Shown: piece after piece, positions 26,704 to 36,093 of the stretch
Position numbering within the stretch: position 1 is the first letter of the stretch
Layout of the letters: each line of letters opens with the position of its first letter
Virus record (IMG/VR): IMGVR_UViG_3300045988_158467
Span: 1-54,823 of that record
Origin: a virus
Length of the DNA stretch: 54,823 nucleotides
Strand: one strand, 5' to 3'
Made by a program: the position numbers and the translations under genes
The notes under the pieces: model-generated
What the model was told of the DNA's origin: nothing
The model's database searches: none
Seen by the model: the letters and a program-made list of their open reading frames with translations, nothing else

Positions 26704-28051
26704 AAGTGTATTACTTCTATCCAACTTTGCCCCACTAAGTAGAAATATTTAGTTAAAAAACGGGAGAATTCAAAGAAAACCTAAGAATAATAACTATATT
26801 TATGATATAATATAAGTATAGGATAGTTAGGAAAGTCGCGAGTCTTAACGAAAAGGGATTATCCGAAGTCCCCTTCCTATTTATAAGTATTCGGAAATAA
26901 AAAACTATCGGAGGTTTTATTTTTATGAAGAAATACACTTTTGATAAAATAAAAGAAATAGTAGAAAGTAATGGATTTGAATTACTAAACGCAGATGATC
27001 CAAAGTTAAATGCTAAAATTACAATAAAATGTTCTGAAGGACATATAAAAACAGTAACATTTAATAGTTTTCTAAAAAGACCCATCTGTTATAAATGTAA
27101 GCCTCATTGGAATGCTATGAGCGAAAAAGAGTTTTTAGAAAAATTAGCAAATTCTAATACAAATTGCAAATTGATAAGCAAATATACAAAAGCATCTAAT
27201 AAAATGAAATTTAAATGCTTAGGATGCGGTAATAAATTTTATGCTAGAGGACAACATATATTAGATGGACATAAATGCAGAACATGCGCATTATCAGAAT
27301 ATGGAGATAAAAAAAGAAAATCACATGAGGTATTTGAAAATGAAATAAAAGAAAAGTATGGAGATGAATTTATTTTACTATCTGAATATAAAGGGGATAA
27401 AGAAAAGATAAAATGTCTACATACTAAATGTGGTAAAATATCAGAAAAAAATGCAGGAACATTATTAGGAAATGGAGGATGCAAATATTGTAAAGAAAGC
27501 AAAGGAGAAAATGCTATAAAACTATTTCTTGAAAATAATCATATTCAATACGAGAGAGAATATAGAAATAAAAAATGTAAATATAAATATACTTTACCTT
27601 TTGATTTTGCTATATATAAAGATAATAAATTGAAATTTTTAATTGAATATGATGGAGAGCTACATTATAAACCAGGAAGATGGAAAGAAGCTAAAAATAA
27701 ACTTGCTTCTAATTTAATGAAGGACAATATCAAAAGTGAATTTGCCAAACAATATAAAATAAAATTAATAAGAATACCATATTGGGAATTTAATAATATA
27801 GATAAAATATTATATCATGAATTAAGAACTCTTTTATAGGGTTCTTTTTTATTTATGGCAACTTTGAACCGAGCCTAACAAATATCATAAAAGTAGTTAG
27901 GAAGGCGCAACGACTAACTCTTGCGGAAGATAACCAATAATAGAGACACGAGCACCCGTTACCTTACTATTAAGTTAAAGGTAAAGACATAGTCTGAACT
28001 CATGGGAAACCATGAGAAATGTAGAATAAAATGCTACATGATAACAAAATG
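26704..28051 (+). mobile_element. Group I intron 3 (in the tail tube gene) with an intact HEG
   Basis: Guide AACTTT|GCCCCA (26723-26734) pairs with exon 2 GAAGTT (P10, 6 bp) and exon 1 TGGGGU (P1, 6 bp, with a U:G wobble at the splice site). P7 halves are ACGACTA (27910-27916) and GACATAGTCT (27986-27995). A CTCATGG-GAAA-CCATGAG hairpin follows, and the terminal base is G28051. Confidence 0.85.
26925..27839 (+). CDS. intron-encoded homing endonuclease: triple Zn-ribbon N-terminal region plus DUF559/Vsr-like PD-(D/E)xK domain
   Basis: Three C..C/H...C..C modules, then PFDFAIYKDNKLKFLIEYDGELHYKP...KLIRIPYWEF. GGAGGT RBS. Lies wholly within intron 3. Confidence 0.7.
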   Translation: MKKYTFDKIKEIVESNGFELLNADDPKLNAKITIKCSEGHIKTVTFNSFLKRPICYKCKPHWNAMSEKEFLEKLANSNTNCKLISKYTKASNKMKFKCLGCGNKFYARGQHILDGHKCRTCALSEYGDKKRKSHEVFENEIKEKYGDEFILLSEYKGDKEKIKCLHTKCGKISEKNAGTLLGNGGCKYCKESKGENAIKLFLENNHIQYEREYRNKKCKYKYTLPFDFAIYKDNKLKFLIEYDGELHYKPGRWKEAKNKLASNLMKDNIKSEFAKQYKIKLIRIPYWEFNNIDKILYHELRTLL

Positions 28052-28435
28052 GAAGTTTGGATAAATGATGTATTAGTTGATGAAATAGCAGCTTTCCAAG
28101 CCAAAATAGAATTTGACAAAGAAGATATAGATATATGTGGTGAAATGATGACTCAACATAAAATAACTGGATATAGCGGAACTGGCTCTATGACGCTTAA
28201 AAAGACAAACTCAAGAATGATAAAATTGTTAGCTAATTTTATGAAAGATGGTCTAGAACCGGATGTAACAATAGTTGGAAAATTAGCTGACCCAGGTAAT
28301 GGAGGAAGTGAAAGAATAAGTATATCAGGAGTATCCTTTGATGATTTAACTTTGTTTGATTTTGAAGTTAAAAAATTAGGAGAAGTGGAATGCCCATTCA
28401 CTTTTACAAAATATAAATTTATAGATTTAATATAA
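28052..28435 (+). CDS. tail tube protein, exon 2
   Basis: EVWINDVLVDEIAAFQAKIEF...TGSMTLKK... continues exon 1 in frame. The track's ATG 28031 has no RBS and lies inside the intron. Confidence 0.75.
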   Translation, partial: EVWINDVLVDEIAAFQAKIEFDKEDIDICGEMMTQHKITGYSGTGSMTLKKTNSRMIKLLANFMKDGLEPDVTIVGKLADPGNGGSERISISGVSFDDLTLFDFEVKKLGEVECPFTFTKYKFIDLI

Positions 28436-28500
28436 AAAATAATATCATAAAGGCTTTGGTGTTTCTAACTAAAGCCTATTTTTATTTTAGGAGGTAATTT

Positions 28501-28899
28501 ATGAATGTAATAGATAAATTAATGAAAATAGATGCAGGGACATTAGAAACACCAACTGCTATACATAAAATGTATGTAAAAAAAATAGGTGAAGAACTAG
28601 AATTTGAAATACAAGCTATAAATGCAGAAAAGGCCACAGAAATACAACAGAAAGCTATAAAAATTGAAGATGGAAACGTATCAGACATAGATGTATATAA
28701 AACAAAAGTATTAACTATAATGGAAGGTTGTCCAATATTCAAGGATAAGGCACTTAGAGAACATTTTGATTGTGCTACTCCAAAAGAACTTATAAATAAA
28801 TTGCTTCTTAAAGGAGAAGTAGAGGACTTAGTAAATGCAATAAATAATTTATCAGACTTAAAGAAAATAGAAAAAGTAGATGAAGAAATAAAAAACTAA
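28501..28899 (+). CDS. tail assembly chaperone (XkdN/gpG-like)
   Basis: Lies between the tube and tape-measure genes. AGGAGGT RBS. Confidence 0.7.
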   Translation: MNVIDKLMKIDAGTLETPTAIHKMYVKKIGEELEFEIQAINAEKATEIQQKAIKIEDGNVSDIDVYKTKVLTIMEGCPIFKDKALREHFDCATPKELINKLLLKGEVEDLVNAINNLSDLKKIEKVDEEIKN

Positions 28900-29087
28900 T
28901 TGAAACAGATAGTGAAATAGCAACAATGTACTATCTGTTTAAATATAAAAATATAATGCCATCTCAATATTATAATATGAAATTTGGAGAAAAAACTGTA
29001 ATAAAAAGCTTTATAAGAAAAGAGTCAGAGGAATTTTATAAAATCTCAAAAAATAAAAATATTTTCCCTACTATAAATATTAAATAA
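28890..29087 (+). other. -1 programmed frameshift site (A_AAA_AAC) and gpT-like extension of the chaperone
   Basis: The heptamer A AAA AAC (28890-28896) lies one codon before the stop. The -1 frame is open for 63 further codons (LIETDSEIATMYYLFKYKNIMPSQYYN...) and ends at 29087, just before the TMP RBS. Confidence 0.7.
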
Positions 29088-29101
29088 GAGGAGGTGAGGC
29101 A

Positions 29102-31067
29102 ATGGCAAATGATAAAACACTAGAAGCAATCATTCGCCTTCGAAGGTGACGAAGTTTCAAAGCCTTTAAATGAAATACAAAGTGAAATGAAAGACTTAAA
29201 TAAAACATCTAGTGATGTAAATAGTGCTATGAAAGATGTACAAAAGGCAACTGGGGACACAGCTAATTCAATGAATGATTTAACAGATATAGCAAAAGAT
29301 ACAAATAATTCATTAAAAGATACAAATGGAGCAGCAGACCAAGCAGCTAAAGGTATAAAAGCTATGGGACTTATGGAAGCTGGTCAGAAGATGATGGAAT
29401 TTGGAGGAAAAATTATTGATGTAGTTAAAAATTTGATGGATTTAACAGAAGCTACTAAAGAATTTAATTCTCTGCAAAGTAAATTACAAGGATCAACTAA
29501 ACAAAATGGATATAAACAGAAAGATGCTAATAAAAATGCTGGACAAGTATATGGATATACTGGTGATGATATGATGGCAGTCAATGTTGTTTCCAATTTA
29601 CAAAAGATGGGGCTATCTCAAAGTGAATTAGATAAAACTATCAATGCTTCGCTAGCAGTATGGAGTGCATATGGAGATAGTATCCCTATTGAATCACTAA
29701 CCGAATCGATTACTGAAACAGCACAAGTTAGTAAGGTTACAGGAAACTTAGCAGATGCTTTGAACTGGGCTGGAATAAGTGAAGATAGTTTTAATAAGAA
29801 ATTAGAGGCATGTAAAACTGTATCTGAAAAAAATAAACTTATAACAGATACCTTAAATCAAGCATACGGAAAAAGTAAAGAAACGTATGATAAAACTAAT
29901 AAATCCATGATTGATTATAATAAATCTTTATGGGAATCACAAAAGGCACAAGCAGAATTAGGTTCAGCATTAGCACCTTTAAATTCAGCAATTAATGGAA
30001 TTAAATCGGCTTTTGCAGAAGCATTAGCACCAGCTATAAAACAAATTGCGGATGCTATACAACCAGTAATTCAAAAGTTCCAAGAATTTATAAAGGAACA
30101 TCCTCAATTAGTATCAGGCATAACAATGGTAGTAGCAGCTATAACAACTCTAATAGGAATTATCGGAACTATAATAGTTGTAGTAACAACGGTAAAATTA
30201 GCATTTACTGGCATAAGTACTGTTATGGGAGCCTTAAGTGCCCCAGTTTTAATAGTTATAGGCGTAATAGGAGCACTTATAGCCATAGGAGTCCTATTGT
30301 ATAAAAACTGGGATACAATTTGCGCAAAAGCTACTGAACTAAAGAATTGGGTAGTAAGTAAATGGAACGAGTTATGTGCAGCATTAGCACCAATTATTGA
30401 ATTTATTAAAGCATTAGTTATAAGAAAATGGACTGAGATGAAAGCTAGTATAACTTTTGTATTAAATATAATAAAAGGAATAGTAATCGTAGCATGGAAT
30501 GGAATAAAAACAAATATAACTATTGTATTAACTATAATAAAAACAATTGTAACTACAATATGGAATGGAATAAAAACTGCCATATCAACTATTATATCAA
30601 CAATTAAATCTATAGTAGTAGAAAAATGGAATGCTATTAAAAATGCTATAAAAAATGCAATGGATGCTATTAAAAATACTGCTATAAATGCTTTTAATAA
30701 TGTAAAAGAAAAAATATCAGGTGTAATTAGTGATATAAAAAGTGCATGGCAAGGATTAAAAGATAAAATCACAAATAATCCTATAGTTGCTACAGTTAGA
30801 AAGGTTACAGAGTCATTAACTGGAGCAGAAGATGGAAACCATGCAGCAGGACTTCAAAGAGTTCCTTATAATAATTATTTAGCTAATTTGCACCAAGACG
30901 AAGCAGTATTGAGCCGTAGAGAGGCTGATAAATGGAGACAAGGCAAGGGTAATACTCCTCAAATCAGTATAACGATGAATGGACCTATAATAAGAGAAGA
31001 AGCGGATATAGAAAAAGTAACATCAGGAATAGTCAGAAAACTGAATGAACAAAAAATAATAACTTAG
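29102..31067 (+). CDS. tail tape measure protein, with a +1 frame break at about 29141
   Basis: A strong RBS (GAGGAGGTGAGG) precedes ATG 29102, which encodes MANDKTLEAIIRL then RR*. The +1 frame continues EGDEVSKPLNEIQSEMKDL... into ORF 29187..31067. ATG 29187 has no good RBS. The centre is hydrophobic, as is typical for TMPs. Confidence 0.75.
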
Positions 31068-31088
31068 CAAGGGAGGTAATATTGCATT

Positions 31089-31757
31089 ATGGAGATGTAT
31101 TTAAAAAATGATAAGCATATATTTAGATTTCCAATATTGCCTTCTACTATAAATGTACAAGATTATGCAATAATAAATGACAGTAATATAACAGGATTAG
31201 GAGATGTTGCAATATTTGGAGGTAAAGGATTAAGAACAATAGAGATATCATCATTTTTCCCAAATCCAAAAAGAAAATATAAATTTGTAAATTATTCTAA
31301 TTATCCAAAACAATGGACTTGTGTATCTAAAATAAGAAGTTACATGAATAATGGTGAAGTAATGAGATTTATAGTAACTGGCACAGAAATAAACTTCCAA
31401 GCAAGAATAACTGATTTTACCTTTTCTCAACAAGATGGCACAGGAGATGTATATTATACTATCAATCTAAAGGAATATAGAGAAATTAAAATATCATCAA
31501 CAACTCCAGCTAAAAAGAAAACTGATAACAAAAATAGGACATCTTCAAAGGATAAAAACAATAATAAAAATAAAACTTCAACCAAAAGTAAACAAACAAT
31601 TCATACAGTAAAAAAGGGAGATACACTATATGATATAGCAAAGAAATATTATGGAAAAGGATCAAGCTATAAAAAAATAATAGAAAAAAATAAATCTAAA
31701 TATCCTTCATTAGCTAAAAATACAATAATTAAAGCTGGATGGAAGCTGGTGATATAA
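31089..31757 (+). CDS. XkdP-like tail protein with C-terminal LysM domain
   Basis: C-terminal HTVKKGDTLYDIAKKYYGKGSSYKKIIEKN...IIKAGWKLVI is a LysM domain. Confidence 0.7.
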   Translation: MEMYLKNDKHIFRFPILPSTINVQDYAIINDSNITGLGDVAIFGGKGLRTIEISSFFPNPKRKYKFVNYSNYPKQWTCVSKIRSYMNNGEVMRFIVTGTEINFQARITDFTFSQQDGTGDVYYTINLKEYREIKISSTTPAKKKTDNKNRTSSKDKNNNKNKTSTKSKQTIHTVKKGDTLYDIAKKYYGKGSSYKKIIEKNKSKYPSLAKNTIIKAGWKLVI

Positions 31758-34171
31758 TGATAACACTAAAAATAGTTGATAGAAATAATAAAAAAACAGA
31801 TATAACACAGTTAGTAGAAAAAGTTACTTGGAGTGGAGATTATAAACAAGCATCAAGAAAGCTAGAATTTTCAATAATTTCAAATAAATACGATAAAAAA
31901 ATACCAAAAGTCGATATTAAAGAAGGCTATATGGTTTTTTTTTATGAAAATAAAAAAGAATTATTTAGAGGATTTATATACAGTATAGAAAAAACTGCTG
32001 ATACTACAAGCTACATGGCTTATGACCATGCACAAAAACTAGTTAATATTAAAGTTAATTACAACTTCAAGAACAAGACTGCTAGTCAAATAACTACTCA
32101 AATGCTAGATGATTATTCAAAATATGGACTTAAAAAAGGAAGCATTGTAAGTGATGGTGTTTCATGGAGCAAAGTATTTATAGGAGTAAGCATGTATGAC
32201 ACTATAATGAGTGCTTATACAAATTCTCATGCTAGTAACGGCAAAGAATATATGTGCTATGCTAAGGAAGGCAAGATATGCACAGCCCTAAAAGGAGATA
32301 TAAAGTTAGATGTTCAATTCAAAGAAAAAGAAAATATAATATCAACAACTTATAAATCTAGTATAGAGAATGTAGTGAATAGAGTAATTATAGTAGATGA
32401 CTCAGGGAATAAAATAGGAGAAGAAAAGAATAGTAATTCAATAGATTTGTATGGATTATTTCAAGAAGTTGTAAAAGCTGAAAGCCAAACATCAGAAACT
32501 ACACAATCAGCAACATCTGAAATATCAACAATGGCAGTTTCCGCTTCTACATCTTCAACTACTAAAAACAACTCTTTTTCATTAAATACTACTAATTCAA
32601 TAGCAAAATCTATATTTGATTTCTGTATAGGCAAAGGTTGCACTCCACAGGTTGCAGCTGCAATAGTAGCTAATGCAGAATGTGAAAGCTCATTCAATAC
32701 AAGTTCTGTTAATAGTATAGGAGCTAGTGGTTTACTTCAATGGTTAGGAGTAAGATTAACAAGTCTTAAAAGAAAAGCTTCTAAAAAGGGAGTAAGCTGG
32801 ACAAACTTAAATCTCCAATTACAACATATGTGGGATGAATTAAATGGAGAAGATAGCACAACTAAATCATTGCTTAATAGTAAAGTAGGAGGAGTAAGCA
32901 AATTTATAAAGCTAACAGATGCTTATAAAGCTGGTTATTATTTTGGCACTTGCTTTGAGAGAGGTGGAGGAAATACACTCAGAGGAAATAAAGCAAATGC
33001 TTGGTATTCAAAAGTTGCTATTGGAGGTAAAAAAATATCAAATTCAAATACATCAACAGATGTAACTGGCAATAACCAAACAACAACTACTACAGTTATA
33101 GATTTAGAAAGTGCTAGAAAAGAAGCAAAGAAAAAATTAAACGATAGAGAAAGAAGTGCATCTTTGGATGGATATGGAGATACAACTTGTATTACTGGAT
33201 ATGGTGTGACTGTTACAGACTCATCAACAGGATTAAAAGGACTATTTTATATAGATACAGACTCTCATACTTGGGAAAATGGAGAATATAAAATAGCGCT
33301 TAATCTTAATTATAAAAACTTAATGAACGAAGTTGAAGCAGGAGAAGATGAAGAAAAACAAGAAACAATATACAATGATAATAATTACAATGATGGAGAA
33401 AAAGTATTAAATGGCAAGAAAGTAAAAGCTATTTTTACTGCATATTGGCCAGGACCTGGAATAGAAGGTGGAATATATCAAAGCATGGGTGGAAAATTAG
33501 ACCCTAGCAAACGTACATGTGCTGCACCTAAGAGTATTCCATTCAGAACAAAAATACAACCAAGTGGTACGGGAAGTTTTATAGATGGTAAAACTTATAC
33601 TGTAACCGACAGAGGTGGAAAAATCGTAGTTAAAAATGGTGTATATCACATAGATATATTAATGAGAACTGACAAAGAATGTAGAGCCTTTGGCATTAAA
33701 CATGGATATATCATAATAGGCGATGGAACTGGATACAAAGAAGTCCCAGCTACTTCAAATTTACCTTTAAATAAAAAACAGGAAAAATTAATCTCTGTTG
33801 CAAAAGCTAAACTTGGAACACCTTATGTATGGGGTGCTTCAATAAATTCTACGACATCATTTGACTGTTCATCATTTACTCGCTATGTGTATAAAACAGC
33901 ATTAGGAATAACATTGCAAAGAACTTCTAATATACAAGGTGAACAAGGTAAAAAGATAACAAGCACATCACAATTACAAGCTGGAGATTTAATTTACTTT
34001 AATACTTATTCAACAGATAGAGCAAATGGAATAACTCATGTTGGTATGTATATAGGAAATGGGCAAATGATTCATGCTTCATATAGTTATAAGAAAGTCA
34101 TGATAGTTAATTTGAAATCATACTTATCTTACAGAGGAACAAAATTTATATGGGCAAGAAGACATATATAA
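31757..34171 (+). CDS. XkdQ-like tail/baseplate hub protein with peptidoglycan hydrolase domains (lysozyme-like, 3D-like, NlpC/P60)
   Basis: C-terminal GTPYVWGAS...FDCSSFTRYVY...THVGMYIGNGQMIHAS is NlpC/P60. The central ...AAAIVANAECESSFN...GLLQW block is tail-lysozyme-like. ...TAYWPGPG...TVTDRGG is 3D-domain-like. ATG 31757 overlaps the previous stop. Confidence 0.7.
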   Translation: MITLKIVDRNNKKTDITQLVEKVTWSGDYKQASRKLEFSIISNKYDKKIPKVDIKEGYMVFFYENKKELFRGFIYSIEKTADTTSYMAYDHAQKLVNIKVNYNFKNKTASQITTQMLDDYSKYGLKKGSIVSDGVSWSKVFIGVSMYDTIMSAYTNSHASNGKEYMCYAKEGKICTALKGDIKLDVQFKEKENIISTTYKSSIENVVNRVIIVDDSGNKIGEEKNSNSIDLYGLFQEVVKAESQTSETTQSATSEISTMAVSASTSSTTKNNSFSLNTTNSIAKSIFDFCIGKGCTPQVAAAIVANAECESSFNTSSVNSIGASGLLQWLGVRLTSLKRKASKKGVSWTNLNLQLQHMWDELNGEDSTTKSLLNSKVGGVSKFIKLTDAYKAGYYFGTCFERGGGNTLRGNKANAWYSKVAIGGKKISNSNTSTDVTGNNQTTTTTVIDLESARKEAKKKLNDRERSASLDGYGDTTCITGYGVTVTDSSTGLKGLFYIDTDSHTWENGEYKIALNLNYKNLMNEVEAGEDEEKQETIYNDNNYNDGEKVLNGKKVKAIFTAYWPGPGIEGGIYQSMGGKLDPSKRTCAAPKSIPFRTKIQPSGTGSFIDGKTYTVTDRGGKIVVKNGVYHIDILMRTDKECRAFGIKHGYIIIGDGTGYKEVPATSNLPLNKKQEKLISVAKAKLGTPYVWGASINSTTSFDCSSFTRYVYKTALGITLQRTSNIQGEQGKKITSTSQLQAGDLIYFNTYSTDRANGITHVGMYIGNGQMIHASYSYKKVMIVNLKSYLSYRGTKFIWARRHI

Positions 34172-34183
34172 GGTGGTGATCTA

Positions 34184-34594
34184 ATGGAAAAAAATCCTTA
34201 CAATGAATTTCTATCTATAATTAAAGAAACTTCTAAAAGTAATATAACAGAAAATAAATTATTGAATATAGGAATTGTTGTATCACCTCTTCCAAATTTA
34301 ATAATTAAAACATCTGAAATAGAATTAGATAAAGATAATCTCATGATAGATAAATGGCTCTTAGATAGACATAAGGAAACACAAACATATACAAAAGGAG
34401 AACATACTCATAGTGGTGGAGGCCATGCAACAGGAGAAGGTGGAGGAGATGGAACACATACTCATACAGGAGGAGGACACTCTCATAAATCTAAAGATTA
34501 TGTAAACAAGCTGAATATTGGTGATAAAGTTGTAATGCTTAGAGAAGATGATATTTTTTATATTATATCAAAGGTGGTGAGTATAGATGGATGA
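34184..34594 (+). CDS. XkdR-like (DUF2577) baseplate/spike protein with His/Gly-rich insert
   Basis: Assigned by synteny. Contains GEHTHSGGGHATGEGGGDGTHTHTGGGHSH. Confidence 0.55.
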   Translation: MEKNPYNEFLSIIKETSKSNITENKLLNIGIVVSPLPNLIIKTSEIELDKDNLMIDKWLLDRHKETQTYTKGEHTHSGGGHATGEGGGDGTHTHTGGGHSHKSKDYVNKLNIGDKVVMLREDDIFYIISKVVSIDG

Positions 34595-35048
34595 AGAATA
34601 CAATGATAGTTTTTATCCCTTTATTGACTACATTACTGAAAGTGTATCAGACATAGAATTAGAAGAAGATGACACATTGCCTTTGTATAGAGAAATAGCA
34701 TGGGATTTCAAGAATGAACATCCTCTTGTTGTTAACAATGAATTTAAGATAGTAGAGGAAAATGAAGCTATATGTGTATGGATATGGCACGCTATAAAAA
34801 CATTTAGATATTATTTTTCAATATATTCATGGGATTTTGGATGTGAAATAGATACATTGCTAGGACAAAATTATACTCCTGAACTTACTAAAATGGAGGT
34901 TACTAGATATATAGAAGAAGCATTATTGATAAATCCTTATATATTAGAAATAAATAAACTTGAAGTAGATTTTGATGGAGATACATTACAAGTAGATATG
35001 AGAGCAATAACAATTTATGAAGAATTGGAGGTGAATTTTGTTGTTTAG
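34587..35048 (+). CDS. XkdS-like (gp25/GPW-type) baseplate wedge protein
   Basis: Assigned by synteny and size. Overlaps both neighbouring genes. Confidence 0.55.
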   Translation: MDEEYNDSFYPFIDYITESVSDIELEEDDTLPLYREIAWDFKNEHPLVVNNEFKIVEENEAICVWIWHAIKTFRYYFSIYSWDFGCEIDTLLGQNYTPELTKMEVTRYIEEALLINPYILEINKLEVDFDGDTLQVDMRAITIYEELEVNFVV

Positions 35049-36093
35049 CGAGCAAACATATGAAGCCTTAATTGAAAGAATTTTGGAAAATACAAGTGCT
35101 AATAATTTAGATACTAGAGAAGGTTCAGTATCATTTAACCTATTAGCACCATTGGCAGAAGAATTAGCAAAGGCCTATATATCCATGGGTGACATACTTA
35201 ATTTAGCATTTATAGAAGATACCTTCGATGATTATTTAGACAAAAGGGTTAATGAATTTGGAGTATACAGAAAAGATGGAGAAAAGGCAACTGGTGCCAT
35301 AAAGGTAACAGGATTAGATGATACATTTATAGGCAACAGTACAATAATTACATCTAATGGATTAGAATATATAGTATTAAACGATATACTTTTACCAAAT
35401 GAAGATACTTTATATGTAGAAGCAACAGAAATAGGATATAAATATAATTTACCAGCTGGGTCCACTTTTGAATTAGTAGAACCTATCACTGGAGTTACTT
35501 CGTTAATAAATGAAAGTGCATTTGAAAATGGTATAGATACTGAAACAGATGAAGAACTTAAGGAAAGGTTTAAATATATAATTCAAAATCCAAGGACATC
35601 AGGAAATGTTAACGATTATAAAGCATGGGCATTAGAGTGTGACGGAGTAGGAAGAGTAAAAGTATACCCTCTTTGGAATGGCAATGGAACAGTAAAAGTG
35701 CTTATTATAGGTAATGACAATCTTCCATGTAGTAAAGAAACTGTAAATACAGTTATATCATATATAGAAGAAAAAAGACCAATAGGAGCAACTGTAACAG
35801 TTGATACTCCACAATTATTAAAATTAACATTTGATATTAAAATAAAACTAGATAGTGCTTATTCACTAGATGATACAAAGGAACTAATATCAACAGTGCT
35901 ATCAGATTATGTAAATAATTTGGAAGATGAAGATATTATATATTACAAAGCATTATCGGTAGTTGGTGATTTGGGAGCAGTAGATGATATAGTAACATAT
36001 ACAATAAATAATAAACAAGAAAATATACCTATTGGAGATTATTTTATTCCTGTTATAGATACAATTACAATTTCGGTGAGCGAGGTGGTTTAG
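35038..36093 (+). CDS. baseplate J-like protein (XkdT-like)
   Basis: The size and the block ...ETDEELKERFKYIIQNPRTSGNVNDYKAWALECDGV... are typical of the baseplate J family. Confidence 0.7.
   Translation: MLFSEQTYEALIERILENTSANNLDTREGSVSFNLLAPLAEELAKAYISMGDILNLAFIEDTFDDYLDKRVNEFGVYRKDGEKATGAIKVTGLDDTFIGNSTIITSNGLEYIVLNDILLPNEDTLYVEATEIGYKYNLPAGSTFELVEPITGVTSLINESAFENGIDTETDEELKERFKYIIQNPRTSGNVNDYKAWALECDGVGRVKVYPLWNGNGTVKVLIIGNDNLPCSKETVNTVISYIEEKRPIGATVTVDTPQLLKLTFDIKIKLDSAYSLDDTKELISTVLSDYVNNLEDEDIIYYKALSVVGDLGAVDDIVTYTINNKQENIPIGDYFIPVIDTITISVSEVV

Noticed and set aside
28031-28051. ATG 28031 (and ATG 22011, ATG 10343), considered as genuine starts of independent genes.
   Set aside because: None has an RBS. 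All three lie at or within predicted intron 3' ends, and the encoded proteins lack the conserved N-terminal parts, which are found in the upstream exons.
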